Assembly (NCBI GenBank): GCA_965248835.1
Contig: CBDFLJ010000001.1
Coordinates: 992,001 to 1,056,000 of the forward strand
Length of the DNA: 64,000 nt
Source of the DNA: Alphaproteobacteria bacterium
Lineage (GTDB): Bacteria > Pseudomonadota > Alphaproteobacteria > MPNO01
Reading direction: 5' to 3'
Shown here: positions 17,979-27,897 of the stretch, piece after piece
Position numbering within the stretch: position 1 is the stretch's first letter
Layout: every line of letters begins with the position of its first letter
Made by a program: the position numbers and the translations under genes
Notes under the pieces: model-generated
Seen by the model: only the letters and a program-made list of their open reading frames with translations
Database searches by the model: none
What the model was told of the DNA's origin: nothing

Positions 17979-18055
17979 CTCAAGTCTCCCCGTCGCTTCG
18001 CCCATGCCATATCGGCCGCCAAGCATATTGCGGGGCGGGCGCGACAGGCAAGGCC

Positions 18056-18913
18056 TTGAGCGATATCCCCGCCGCGCTGGCCAAAGCGGTCGGCAAGCGC
18101 GTCGCCGTCGAGGATGTCGTCACCGCCGCGCCGGTGGCGGCGATGATGGCGACCTTCGACCGGGCCGGGCCGCCGCCGGGCGCGGGCGAGGCGATCCCGG
18201 TGCTGTGGCACGGGCTCTTCTGCACCGCAGCGCTCGGGCCGGACGGCATGGCGCGCGACGAGCCGCTGCTGCCGGCGGTCCCCGGCTACCCGCGGCGGCG
18301 CTTCGGCGGCGCGCGGTTCGCATTCCCGCGCCCGATCCGGATCGGCGAGACCATCCGCCGGGTTTCGGAGATCGCGGGGGTGGAGCCAAAGACCGGCCGC
18401 GCCGGGCCGTTCCTGCGCACGCTGGTCCGCCACACGATCGAAGGTCCGAGCGGCCCGGCGACAATCGAAGAGAACGATATCCTGTTCCTGCCGCCGGCGG
18501 ACCCGCCCCGCCGAGCGGCGCCGACGGCCGCGGCCCCGGACAGCCGGCTAGGCAAGGCGGGCTTCTGGCGCACCATAGCCCCCGACCCGGTGCTGTTGTT
18601 CCGCCATTCGGCGCTGACCTTCAACGCCCACCGGATTCACTACGACCGCGGCTACGCCAAGGCCCAGGGCGAGCCCGGGCTGCTGGTCCAGGGCATTCTG
18701 ATCGCCCGGCTGATGCTCGAGACGGTCCATGCCGAACGACGCGATCGCGCGATCGCCCGGTTCTCGTTCCGCGCCGCCGCCCCGGTCCACGACACCGCTT
18801 CGTTCACCATCAACGGCGCGTTCGGCCCGGACGGATCCACCGCCGCGCTCTGGGCGGTCCGTGCCGATGGCCGCACCGCGATGACGGCCGAGATCGGCTT
18901 CGCGACCCCCTAG
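18056..18913 (+). CDS. MaoC/HTD2-type hotdog acyl-CoA (de)hydratase (mesaconyl-C4-CoA/itaconyl-CoA hydratase-like)
   Basis: LWHGLF, RRRFGG and LLFRHSALTFNAHRIHYD..YA...PGLLVQG motifs. Confidence 0.85.
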   Translation: MSDIPAALAKAVGKRVAVEDVVTAAPVAAMMATFDRAGPPPGAGEAIPVLWHGLFCTAALGPDGMARDEPLLPAVPGYPRRRFGGARFAFPRPIRIGETIRRVSEIAGVEPKTGRAGPFLRTLVRHTIEGPSGPATIEENDILFLPPADPPRRAAPTAAAPDSRLGKAGFWRTIAPDPVLLFRHSALTFNAHRIHYDRGYAKAQGEPGLLVQGILIARLMLETVHAERRDRAIARFSFRAAAPVHDTASFTINGAFGPDGSTAALWAVRADGRTAMTAEIGFATP

Positions 18914-19773
18914 GCTACCGCGGCCTGGGCCGCGCGGTCTCCGGCGGTCGCTTCCCAGGCGATCAGGGCGCGCTTGCGCGCCGTGCCCCAGCGGTAGCCG
19001 GTCTCGAAGCGGCCGGAGGCACGGATCACCCTGTGGCAGGGGATCAGCAGCGAGATCGGGTTGCTGGCCACCGCGCCGCCGACGGCGCGCCCGGAGCCCG
19101 GCCGGCCGATCGCCCGGGCGACGTCGCTATAGGTCGCAAGCCGGCCCGAGGGGATCCGCAGCAGCGCCTCCCACACCTTGATCTGGAAATTGGTGCCGCG
19201 CGCCCACAGCCACAGCGGCTGGCCGCGCGCGATCGTTCCGCTGGCCAGGGTCCGCCCGGCCGCGGCCCAGGTCGCCGCTTCGTCCTCGATCAGAGCGGCC
19301 TCGGGCCACGCGGCCTGGAGATCGGCGCGTGCGGCGCCCGCCTCGTCCGGACCGTGGAAGGAGACCCAGCAGATTCCGCGTTCCGTAAGCCCGACCAGGG
19401 CCCGGCCGAAGACGCTGTCGTGCAGCCCGTAGCGGATCCCGAGGCCCCGTCCCCGTGCACGCGCCTCGCCTGGCGTGACCGCATCGAAGGTCACGAACAG
19501 GTCGTGCAGCCGCCCAGGCCCCGAAAGCCCCGCGTCATAGGCGGCATCGAGCACCGAGTGATCCCCGCGCAGCACCGCGCGGGCGTGGTCGAGCGTCAGG
19601 TAGCGCAGGAACTGCTTGGGGCTGACGCCGGCCCAGGCGGTGAACAGCCGCTGGAGATGGTGCGGGCTGAGCCCGATACCGGCGGCGATCTCATCGAGAT
19701 CCGGCTGGTCCAGCCGGCGCTCTTCGATGAACCGGATCGCCTGCTCGATCCGGTCGTATTGGGGCTGGCTCAT
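18910..19773 (-). CDS. AraC-HTH/O6-methylguanine-DNA methyltransferase (Ada-like, lacking the N-terminal Zn domain)
   Basis: LSPHHLQRLF.AWAGVSPK HTH; GTNFQIKVWEAL; NPISLLIPCHRVI active site. Confidence 0.92.
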   Translation of the reverse strand: MSQPQYDRIEQAIRFIEERRLDQPDLDEIAAGIGLSPHHLQRLFTAWAGVSPKQFLRYLTLDHARAVLRGDHSVLDAAYDAGLSGPGRLHDLFVTFDAVTPGEARARGRGLGIRYGLHDSVFGRALVGLTERGICWVSFHGPDEAGAARADLQAAWPEAALIEDEAATWAAAGRTLASGTIARGQPLWLWARGTNFQIKVWEALLRIPSGRLATYSDVARAIGRPGSGRAVGGAVASNPISLLIPCHRVIRASGRFETGYRWGTARKRALIAWEATAGDRAAQAAVA

Positions 19774-19855
19774 CGATCGATGCTCCCGTGCGGCCTTTGT
19801 CACGCGGCGAAGATAGGCGGCCCAAAACCGCCGAGCCACCCGGATCTTGCGCCGC

Positions 19856-20350
19856 TCACCAGGCGGTCTGCGGCTGCCGGGGCTGCCGCAGGCGGGCGAG
19901 CGCGGCGCGCAACGCACAGGCGACCGCACGCCGTTCGGCCGGTGTCAGAAAGCCGCCGATCACCAACCGTTTGCCGTGCGAGACCAGGGTGAGCCGACTT
20001 TCCTGCGCCGGCGCATCGTCTAGCTCGACCCTCAACCAGTATGGCTGGAGACGCCAGGCCTCGCGCGCGCGGCCGGGGCCGACGCGCTCGACCCTCAAGC
20101 TGTCCCCGGTCAGCCGGACGGTCTCGTACATCCAGGCGCTGCGGTAGTTCGCCCGGAAGGCGATGTAGATCAGCACCGCATCGAGCCCGATGAATGCGAA
20201 CACCGGCCACGCGCCCACCGCCATGGACCCGATCCCCGCCAGGAGCCCGACCCCGGCGATCGCGGACATAAGGATAATGAACCCGGTCCTGCCGAGGCTC
20301 CGGTGGGGCGCGAGCACCGCATCGAACAGGAGATCGCTGCCATCCTCCAT
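19856..20350 (-). CDS. DUF2244-family membrane protein
   Basis: LAPHRSL...GAWPV..F.GLD...AFRANYR and IGGFLTPAER motifs. Confidence 0.85.
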   Translation of the reverse strand: MEDGSDLLFDAVLAPHRSLGRTGFIILMSAIAGVGLLAGIGSMAVGAWPVFAFIGLDAVLIYIAFRANYRSAWMYETVRLTGDSLRVERVGPGRAREAWRLQPYWLRVELDDAPAQESRLTLVSHGKRLVIGGFLTPAERRAVACALRAALARLRQPRQPQTAW

Positions 20351-20446
20351 GGTGCGATCATAGACCTGTTCCAATCGGACGGCATCGGGCGAGAGTAGCG
20401 GGCGCGCCCTATCGCCAAGCGGGGCCGCGCCCGCTACTCTCGCCCG

Positions 20447-21091
20447 ATGCCCAGGCCGATGAAGCTCGCCCAGGTCGAGGCGTTCTACAGCCGGCTCGCC
20501 GCGACCAACCCGGCGCCCGAGGGCGAGCTGTCCTACATCAACCCCTATACGCTGCTGGTCGCGGTCGTCCTGTCGGCACAGGCGACCGATGTCGGGGTCA
20601 ACAAGGCGACCGGACCGCTGTTCGCCGCCGCCGACACGCCGGAGAAGATGGTGGCGCTCGGCGAGGCCAGGGTGCGCGAATACATCCGCACCATCGGGCT
20701 CTACCGCAACAAGGCGAAAAACGTCATCGCGCTCTCCCGCAAGCTGCTGGCCGAGCACGGCGGGACGGTGCCCAACGACCGCGACGCGCTTGTCAGCCTG
20801 CCGGGTGTTGGCCGCAAGACCGCGAACGTCGTGCTCAACATCGCCTTCGGCGCGCCCACGATTGCCGTCGATACCCACATCTTCCGGGTGTCGAACCGCA
20901 CCGGGCTCGCGCCGGGCAAGGATGTCCGCGCCGTCGAGGACGCGCTGGTCCGCCGCACGCCCGCGCGCTGGGCCCAGCACGCCCATCACTGGCTGATCCT
21001 GCACGGCCGCTATGTCTGCAAGGCACGCAAGCCAGACTGCCCGGCTTGCGTGGTGGCCGATCTCTGCCGCTACGCGGCCAAGACCGTGTGA
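20447..21091 (+). CDS. nth: Endonuclease III
   Basis: LSAQATD, LPGVGRKTANV HhH, VDTH, CKARKPDCPACVVADLC Fe-S motif. Confidence 0.97.
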   Translation: MPRPMKLAQVEAFYSRLAATNPAPEGELSYINPYTLLVAVVLSAQATDVGVNKATGPLFAAADTPEKMVALGEARVREYIRTIGLYRNKAKNVIALSRKLLAEHGGTVPNDRDALVSLPGVGRKTANVVLNIAFGAPTIAVDTHIFRVSNRTGLAPGKDVRAVEDALVRRTPARWAQHAHHWLILHGRYVCKARKPDCPACVVADLCRYAAKTV

Positions 21092-21092
21092 G

Positions 21093-21139
21093 CGTCCGGA
21101 GCAGGTCCCGAACAAGCCGGATCGGCCCGGCTCGATCGG
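21093..21139. repeat. Dispersed 47-bp intergenic repeat, copy 1
   Basis: 38/47 identical to 42109-42155 in an ungapped hand alignment. Confidence 0.65.
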
Positions 21140-21152
21140 ATCGGAACAGGCG

Positions 21153-21650
21153 CTAACCGGTGGACGGCGCGGTGCGGGCGACCAGAAGCGCGCGCAGGCA
21201 TCGGCGTGTCGAGGTGGCTTGCAGGTCGCCGGCGCGCGCTTCGACGTGGCGAACCCGGAACGACGGCGCGGGCGCGCCCGCCTTGGCATAGAGGAACAGG
21301 TCGAGCACGCAATTCGCGTGGCGGTAGCGCCACATCCGGGCCGGGTCGTCGCGGCGCACGAAGCCGGGCTTGCCCAGGAGCGCCCGCAGCGCTTTCCGGT
21401 CGAGGCCGAGAAGCCGGCCGGGGTCGTCATCGATCGGCTGAACAAACGCGGCGGCCGCTGAGCCGTCCGCCGGCGGTCCGTCCACCGCGTTCGTCGCGGC
21501 AAGCTTCGGGCTCGGCGCGACGGTGCCGATCGGCGGGTCGGGGAACGCCGCATCCTGCGACGGCAAGAGCAAGCAAGAAGTCAGGAGCAGCGCGCAGACG
21601 ACAACCGGTACGGCCGCGGCGCACCCGGGGAACGGAGACCGAGACGCCAA
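21153..21650 (-). CDS. Hypothetical lipoprotein
   Basis: Lipobox-like LLTSC; LLGKPGFVRRD...WRY...CVLDLFLY domain. Confidence 0.7.
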   Translation of the reverse strand: MASRSPFPGCAAAVPVVVCALLLTSCLLLPSQDAAFPDPPIGTVAPSPKLAATNAVDGPPADGSAAAAFVQPIDDDPGRLLGLDRKALRALLGKPGFVRRDDPARMWRYRHANCVLDLFLYAKAGAPAPSFRVRHVEARAGDLQATSTRRCLRALLVARTAPSTG

Positions 21651-21701
21651 GCCCCTATACCGGCGCGCGTTGGAAGGGTGCGGAAACTCGAGTAAAGCCG
21701 G

Positions 21702-22304
21702 CTATTCGGCCGGTGTCTGGGCGGTGTGGATCGGCAAGGGCTCGCGCGCTTCCACGGGGAGACAGACCTGGACGTCGCCGATGATCTGGCCGCCCCGCTC
21801 GACTTCGATCTCGCCGAACCGAATCGTGCCGGTGATCCGCCCCGACGCGCGCACGATCAGCAGCTTACGCACCGTCAGCGAGCCTTCGAAAGTACCGCTG
21901 ATGTCGGCCGTATCGATTTCGGCTTCGCCCTTGAACGTCCCGGTCTCGGCGATCTCGATCTCGCCGCAGTCGATCATGTTGGCCTCGACCCAGCCTCCGA
22001 CGACCAACTTGTCGCAAGATTTGATCTGGCCGTCGAGCACGATCTCGGGGCCGACGATGAGCTTCTTGCTCTCGTTGTCGAGGCGGCCGACGGGCCGGCC
22101 CGTCGCGCTGTGGATGTCCGGCGGACGGCGGACCGGTTCCGGGCGGGCCACCGACGCGGGCACCGGCGGCGAGATCGGCGTGCGTTCGCGGGTCCGCGAT
22201 CTCAGCGAAAGCGAAGCGGAGGCGTCTTCCTCCGGCGGTTCGGGCTGTTCCAGATCCGCGTCCATCTTTGCCTCCTCGATGTCGTCTTTCTTGCGACCGA
22301 ACAT
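21702..22304 (-). CDS. Bactofilin (polymer-forming cytoskeletal protein); alternative start 22370
   Basis: MFGRKK N-terminus; LIVGPEIVLDGQI..CDKLVV.G and G.I.G beta-helix repeats. Confidence 0.85.
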   Translation of the reverse strand: MFGRKKDDIEEAKMDADLEQPEPPEEDASASLSLRSRTRERTPISPPVPASVARPEPVRRPPDIHSATGRPVGRLDNESKKLIVGPEIVLDGQIKSCDKLVVGGWVEANMIDCGEIEIAETGTFKGEAEIDTADISGTFEGSLTVRKLLIVRASGRITGTIRFGEIEVERGGQIIGDVQVCLPVEAREPLPIHTAQTPAE

Positions 22305-22377
22305 TTCCGATGTCCCCCCGTCTTTACCCGATGGCACGCTCAGATTGTCAGGTGCTGTTTCCGGCTGCATCGCGACA

Positions 22378-23049
22378 TCAGGCAGGCACGGCGCGCCGTC
22401 CGATCCGTTCTATTTCGTGAACCATGAAGGCGGTCGCAATCATAGGCATCAGCCAGTTGATGACCGGGATGCTCAGCAACAAGGTGATCAGCACGCCCGC
22501 GAAAAACATACGCCAGCGAAATTGCCTGCGCAACGCACTCGCTGCGGCGGCATCCATCCGCCGCAGCGCCACCAGCTCGAAATACTCTCTGCCCAGAAGA
22601 TAACCGTTCAACCCGAAGAAAACAAAGAGATTTATTCCGGGTATAAGATAGAGCGGCAGGACCAGCAGGTTGAGGACGACCGCGATTCCGGCGAGCCTTG
22701 CGGCAGAGGCGAGCGCGGTCGCGAGGCCGGCCCCTGCGGCAGGCGGCTTTTCCGGATAATGGCGTGCATCGACCGCATCGGCGATCTCCTCCAGGAACAG
22801 ACCGACGACGATTGTCGCCACCGCCGGGAACAGCAGAATCGAAACCACGATTGCGCCCGCCCCGCCGACCCCCCGGACGATCCAGTCGAGCCAGCCGATG
22901 TCGAACAGCGCAAGCGTGCCCAGCAGCCACCCGAGGATTGCCACCAGCGCGCAGAACAGCGCGGCCGAGATCGCGATGCTCTTCAGCGCGACGGCGCGGA
23001 AGGTCGGATCGAAGGCCTGTTCAAGCGCCTTGGAGAGTCCGCCAAGCAT
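22378..23049 (-). CDS. EI24/CysZ-like membrane protein
   Basis: FLEEIADAVDARHYP, NGYLLGREYFE and IPVIN motifs. Confidence 0.85.
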   Translation of the reverse strand: MLGGLSKALEQAFDPTFRAVALKSIAISAALFCALVAILGWLLGTLALFDIGWLDWIVRGVGGAGAIVVSILLFPAVATIVVGLFLEEIADAVDARHYPEKPPAAGAGLATALASAARLAGIAVVLNLLVLPLYLIPGINLFVFFGLNGYLLGREYFELVALRRMDAAAASALRRQFRWRMFFAGVLITLLLSIPVINWLMPMIATAFMVHEIERIGRRAVPA

Positions 23050-23144
23050 GTCTATTGTCCCGGCTCCGCGCGTGGACCCCGTTCGGCGCAGCAGTACACC
23101 GCGCCGCTCCAGCGCCCAGGATAGCCCTTCCCCGGAGAATGCCC

Positions 23145-24149
23145 ATGGCCGAGACCCATACCGAGTCCGATGCCCCCTTCGACGTGGTCGGACTCGGCAA
23201 TGCGATCGTCGATGTGCTCTCGCAGACCGACGACGCGACGCTGGCCGGCCTCGGCCTCCGCAAGGGCGCGATGACCCTGATCGACCAAGACCAGGCGCGC
23301 GAGCTCTACGAGCGGATGGGGCCGGGGATCGAGATCTCCGGCGGATCGGCCGCCAACACGCTTGCCGGCGTCGCATCGCTGGGCGGTGCGGGCGCCTATA
23401 TCGGCAAGGTGCGCGACGATACGCTGGGCGATGTGTTTCGCCACGATATCCGCGCGGCCGGCGTCGCCTACCGCACCCGGCCGGCGAGCGCCGGGCCGCA
23501 GACCGCGCGCTGCCTGATCTTCGTTACGCCCGATGCCCAGCGCACCATGCAGACCTTCCTCGGCATCTCGACGGAGTTGGGACCCGATGACGTCGACCCG
23601 GAGCTGATCGGCACCGCGCAGATCACCTATCTCGAAGGCTACCTGTTCGACAGGGAACCGGCCAAGGAAGCCTTCGTGAAGGCGGCCGAACTCGCCCATT
23701 TCGCCAACCGCAAGGTCGCGCTGTCGCTTTCGGACGCGTTCTGCGTCGAGCGCCACCGCGCCGCGTTCCGCCATCTCGTGGCCGGCCATATCGACATCCT
23801 GTTCGCCAACGAGTCCGAGATCACCGCGCTCTACGAGGTCGCAGACTTCGACGAGGCTTGCCGGCTGGTCGGCCGCGACTGCGCCTTCGCGGCCGTGACC
23901 AGGGGTGCGGACGGATCGGCGGTCGTCAGCGAGGGCGCGGTCACGCCGATCGCGGCGGCGGCGGCCGCGCAGGTGGTCGACACCACCGGTGCCGGCGATC
24001 TCTACGCCGCCGGCGTGCTCTACGGGCTGGCGCACGGGTTCGAGCCGGCGGAATGCGGCCGGATCGGTGCGGTCGCCGCGGCGGAGATCATCAGCCATTA
24101 CGGCGCCCGTCCGGAGTCCAGGCTCGCCGATCTGGTCGGCCTGGCGTAA
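23145..24149 (+). CDS. PfkB-family carbohydrate kinase (adenosine kinase-like)
   Basis: GNAIVD, SGGSAANT, RTMQTFLG, EGYL, FANESE and DTTGAGD motifs. Confidence 0.92.
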   Translation: MAETHTESDAPFDVVGLGNAIVDVLSQTDDATLAGLGLRKGAMTLIDQDQARELYERMGPGIEISGGSAANTLAGVASLGGAGAYIGKVRDDTLGDVFRHDIRAAGVAYRTRPASAGPQTARCLIFVTPDAQRTMQTFLGISTELGPDDVDPELIGTAQITYLEGYLFDREPAKEAFVKAAELAHFANRKVALSLSDAFCVERHRAAFRHLVAGHIDILFANESEITALYEVADFDEACRLVGRDCAFAAVTRGADGSAVVSEGAVTPIAAAAAAQVVDTTGAGDLYAAGVLYGLAHGFEPAECGRIGAVAAAEIISHYGARPESRLADLVGLA

Positions 24150-24179
24150 CACCCCTGGGCGACCGCGCGGGGATCAGCC

Positions 24180-26006
24180 ATGAGCGTGCGCAACATCGCC
24201 ATCATCGCCCATGTCGATCACGGCAAGACGACGCTGGTCGACGCGCTCCTGCGGGCGACCGGGGCGGTGCGGGCGAACCAGCGCATCGCCGAACGCGCGC
24301 TTGATTCGGGCGACCAGGAGCGCGAGCGGGGCATCACGATCCTTGCCAAATGCACCTCGGTGATCTGGCGGGGCACCAGGATCAACATCGTCGACACGCC
24401 GGGTCACGCCGACTTCGGCGGCGAGGTCGAGCGCATCCTGTCGATGGTCGACGGCGCGCTGCTGCTGGTCGATGCCGCCGAGGGTCCGATGCCCCAGACC
24501 AAGTTCGTCCTCACCAAGGCGCTGGCGCGCGGCTTGGCGCCGATCGTCGTGATCAACAAAATCGATCGCCACGATGCGCGGCCCTACGAGGTGGTCGAGG
24601 CGGTCTTCGACCTGTTCGCGGCTCTGGGCGCGAGCGAGACGCAGCTCGATTTCCCGACGCTATACGCGTCGGCGAAGGAGGGATGGTCGGCGACGGAGCT
24701 CGACCACAAGCGGGATTCGATGGCACCGCTCCTCGATGCCATCCTCGCCGAGGTAGGTGCCCCGGACGGCGATCGCGAAGGCCCGTTCGCGATGCTGGCG
24801 AGCATCCTGGAATACGATTCCTATCTTGGGCGGGTCCTGACCGGGCGGATCGCGCGCGGCGCGGCACAAACCAACATGCAGGTCACCGTCCTCGACCGGA
24901 ACGGCAAGACGATCGAGTCGGCCCGGATGACCAAGCTGCTGGCGTTTCGCGGACTGGCCCGCGAGTCGGTCGGGCGCGCCGAGGCCGGCGATATCGTCGC
25001 GGTGGCCGGGCTCAAGGTCGCATCGGTCGCCGATACCATCGCCGATCCCTCGGTCAGCGCACCGCTCGAAGCCGCGCCGGTCGATCCCCCGACGCTGGCG
25101 ATGCGATTCTCGGTTAACGATTCGCCGCTTGCCGGCCGCGACGGCGACAAGCTCACATCGCGGGTGCTGCGCGCGCGGCTGTTCCGCGAGGCCGAGGGCA
25201 ACGTCGCCATCGACGTGCGCCCGACCGGGAACGACGATGCGCTGGAGGTCCGCGGGCGGGGCGAACTGCAGCTCGGCGTGCTGATCGAGACCCTGCGCCG
25301 GGAGGGTTACGAGATGTCGGTTTCCCGCCCGCGCGTGCTGTTCCGGACCGATCCCGACACCGGCACCCTGCTGGAGCCGCTGGAGGAGGTGATCATCGAT
25401 GTCGACGAAGAATTCGTCGGCGGCGTGGTCGAGGCGCTGGGCCTGCGCCGGGGCGAGCTGACCGACATGCAGCCCTCCGGCGGCGGCAAGCTGCGCATCG
25501 GCTTCATCGCGCCTTCGCGCGGGCTGATCGGCTTCAACGGCGTGCTGATGAACGACACCCGCGGCACCGCGATCATGAACCGCCTGTTCCACGGTTACGG
25601 ACCCCATCGCGGTCCGATCAAGGAACGGCGCGCCGGGGCCCTGATCTCCACCGGCGATGGCGAAGCGGTGCCCTATGCCCTGTTCAACCTCGAAGACCGT
25701 GGGGTGATGTTCATCGCCCCCGGCGCCAAGGTCTATCGCGGGATGGTCATCGGAGAGCACACGCGCGGCAACGACCTGGAGGTCAATCCGCTGAAGACCA
25801 AGCAGCTCACCAACTTCCGGGCCGCCGGAAAGGACGATGCGGTGCGGCTCAGCCCGCCGCGGCCGATGCGGCTGGAAGAGGCGATCGCCTATATCGGTGA
25901 TGACGAGCTGGTCGAGGTGACACCCGGCACCATCCGTCTGCGCAAGGCCCTGCTGGATTCGCACGCGCGCAAGCGGGCCCAGCGGGCCGCCCTGCCAGCA
26001 CCTTGA
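24180..26006 (+). CDS. typA: Translational GTPase TypA/BipA
   Basis: [37 protein letters not shown] and LVEVTP motifs. Confidence 0.98.
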   Translation: MSVRNIAIIAHVDHGKTTLVDALLRATGAVRANQRIAERALDSGDQERERGITILAKCTSVIWRGTRINIVDTPGHADFGGEVERILSMVDGALLLVDAAEGPMPQTKFVLTKALARGLAPIVVINKIDRHDARPYEVVEAVFDLFAALGASETQLDFPTLYASAKEGWSATELDHKRDSMAPLLDAILAEVGAPDGDREGPFAMLASILEYDSYLGRVLTGRIARGAAQTNMQVTVLDRNGKTIESARMTKLLAFRGLARESVGRAEAGDIVAVAGLKVASVADTIADPSVSAPLEAAPVDPPTLAMRFSVNDSPLAGRDGDKLTSRVLRARLFREAEGNVAIDVRPTGNDDALEVRGRGELQLGVLIETLRREGYEMSVSRPRVLFRTDPDTGTLLEPLEEVIIDVDEEFVGGVVEALGLRRGELTDMQPSGGGKLRIGFIAPSRGLIGFNGVLMNDTRGTAIMNRLFHGYGPHRGPIKERRAGALISTGDGEAVPYALFNLEDRGVMFIAPGAKVYRGMVIGEHTRGNDLEVNPLKTKQLTNFRAAGKDDAVRLSPPRPMRLEEAIAYIGDDELVEVTPGTIRLRKALLDSHARKRAQRAALPAP

Positions 26007-26025
26007 GGCGGCCGCGCGGGCGGCG

Positions 26026-27297
26026 ATGACCATGGGCTCGATCGCAGCCGGGCTCGTCGTCTACCGCGACCGCCGCTTTGCGGCCATCTTCGGTCTCGGT
26101 CTCGCCAGCGGCCTGCCCAGCTCGCTGGTCTTCGCGACGCTGTCGATCTGGCTGCGCGAGGAGGGGCTGAGCCGCACGACGATCGGGCTGTTCGGCGCGG
26201 TGGCGACGCCGTATGCGATCAACTTCCTGTGGGCGCCGCTGCTCGACCACGCGCGGATCCCCTGGCTCGGCGCGCGGCTCGGCCGGCGGCGGTCGTGGAT
26301 CGTGCTCGCCCAGGCGCTCCTGGTGCTTGCCATCGGGGCGATGGCCCTGGGCGATCCGGCGCGCAGCCCGCTGCTTCTGGCCGGCGCCGCGGTGGCCGTC
26401 GCCCTGGTCTCGGCGACCCAGGACGTCGCGGTCGATGCCTACCGGATCGAGATCCTGGAGCCCAGGACCTATGGCGCCGGCGCCGCGGTCGCGGTGCTGG
26501 GCTGGCACATCGGCGCCTTCGCATCCGGTGCGGGCGTGCTCTACCTCGCCGCGGCAACGTCCTGGCAGACCGCCTATGCCGGTACTTGCGTCCTCATCGT
26601 GCTGTTGATGGCCGTCCCCCTGCTCGCCCGCGAGCCCGGGCGCGGTCCCGCCGGCCCGACCTCCCGGCCGACCGGGGCGTGGCTGCGCCATGCCGTCGTC
26701 GCGCCGTTGGTCGAGTTCTTCACCAGGCTGGGCCGGCTCGCGCTGGTGGTCATCGGCTTCATCATTCTGTTCAAGTTCGGCGATGCGATGCTCGGGCGGA
26801 TGGCCGGGGTGTTCTATGTCGATCTCGCCTTCACCAAGGTCGAGATCGCCAACTATTCGAAATCGGTCGGGCTGGCAGCGACATTGCTCGGCGTGTTCGC
26901 CGGCGGCGTGCTGTGCGCCCGGGTGAGCATCATCACCGCGCTGCTCGCCAGCGGTATCGTGATGACGGCGACCAATCTTCTGTTCGCGCTGCTCGCCTGG
27001 GCCGGCAGGGACCTCGGTTTGCTGGCGGCGGCGGTGTTCTTCGACAACTTTACCGCCGGGATGGCGACCAGCGCCTTCGTCGCCTATCTGTCATCGCTGT
27101 GCAACCGGGATTTCACCGCCACGCAGTACGCGTTGCTCGCCTCGATCGGCAATTTCGCCCGTATCCAGCTCGGCGCTCTCGCCGGCTGGTCGGTCGACCG
27201 TCTGGGCGGAGATTGGGTAATGTTCTTCATCATGACGGCGCTCGCGGCCCTGCCGGGGCTGGCGCTTCTGGTGGTCTTGATGAGGGATCGACGATGA
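26026..27297 (+). CDS. ampG: AmpG-family muropeptide MFS permease
   Basis: SGLP, FLWAPLLD, GRRRSW, SATQDVAVDAYRIE and FTATQYALL motifs. Confidence 0.92.
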   Translation: MTMGSIAAGLVVYRDRRFAAIFGLGLASGLPSSLVFATLSIWLREEGLSRTTIGLFGAVATPYAINFLWAPLLDHARIPWLGARLGRRRSWIVLAQALLVLAIGAMALGDPARSPLLLAGAAVAVALVSATQDVAVDAYRIEILEPRTYGAGAAVAVLGWHIGAFASGAGVLYLAAATSWQTAYAGTCVLIVLLMAVPLLAREPGRGPAGPTSRPTGAWLRHAVVAPLVEFFTRLGRLALVVIGFIILFKFGDAMLGRMAGVFYVDLAFTKVEIANYSKSVGLAATLLGVFAGGVLCARVSIITALLASGIVMTATNLLFALLAWAGRDLGLLAAAVFFDNFTAGMATSAFVAYLSSLCNRDFTATQYALLASIGNFARIQLGALAGWSVDRLGGDWVMFFIMTALAALPGLALLVVLMRDRR

Positions 27298-27821
27298 AGG
27301 AACGCATGGTCGTCGCGGCGGCAGATATCACCACCCTCGCCGTCGATGCGATCGTGAACGCCGCCAATGAGGGGCTGCGCGGCGGCGGCGGGGTCGACGG
27401 CGCGATCCACCGCGCGGCCGGGCCGGAGCTGATCGCGGCCTGCCGCGCGCTCGGCGGTTGCGCCACCGGCAGCGCCAAGATCACCCCCGGCTTCGCGCTG
27501 CCCGCGAAGTGGGTGATCCATGCCGTCGGGCCGGTGTGGCAGGGCGGCGGCACCGGCGAGGACGATCTGCTGGCCGGCTGCTATCGCACCGCGATGGGCT
27601 TGGCCGCCCGGAACGGCTGCACCAGCATCGCCTTCCCGGCGATCAGCACCGGCATCTACCGGTTTCCGGCGGACCGGGCGGCCGGCATCGCGGTCCGCAC
27701 GGTCGCCGACGTCCTCGCCGGATCCTCGCCGATCGAGCAGGTGGTGTTCGCCTGCTTCGGCGCCGCCTCGGCGGCCGCGCATCGGCAAGCGCTCGACGCC
27801 ATCGGCGCTTCCCGCGCGTAG
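27294..27821 (+). CDS. Macro-domain O-acetyl-ADP-ribose deacetylase (YmdB-like)
   Basis: DITTLAVDAIVNAAN..L.GGGGVDGAIH, IHAVGP and AFPAISTGIY motifs. Confidence 0.95.
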   Translation: MKERMVVAAADITTLAVDAIVNAANEGLRGGGGVDGAIHRAAGPELIAACRALGGCATGSAKITPGFALPAKWVIHAVGPVWQGGGTGEDDLLAGCYRTAMGLAARNGCTSIAFPAISTGIYRFPADRAAGIAVRTVADVLAGSSPIEQVVFACFGAASAAAHRQALDAIGASRA

Positions 27822-27897
27822 CCGGCCGGGCGCGCGATACGGATGCCGGCTTGGTTTCCTCCGCCACACGCCCGCTCGGGACACGCCGCCGTTCGAA

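Noticed and set aside
17968-19992. 674-aa ORF and the many other long Arg/Ala/Pro-rich ORFs
   Set aside because: These are alternate-frame or antisense shadows of recognisable genes in GC-rich DNA, with no motifs of their own.
19856-21553. 565-aa fusion ORF
   Set aside because: Only the last 164 aa form the DUF2244 protein; the rest overlaps nth (antisense) and the lipoprotein gene (alternate frame).
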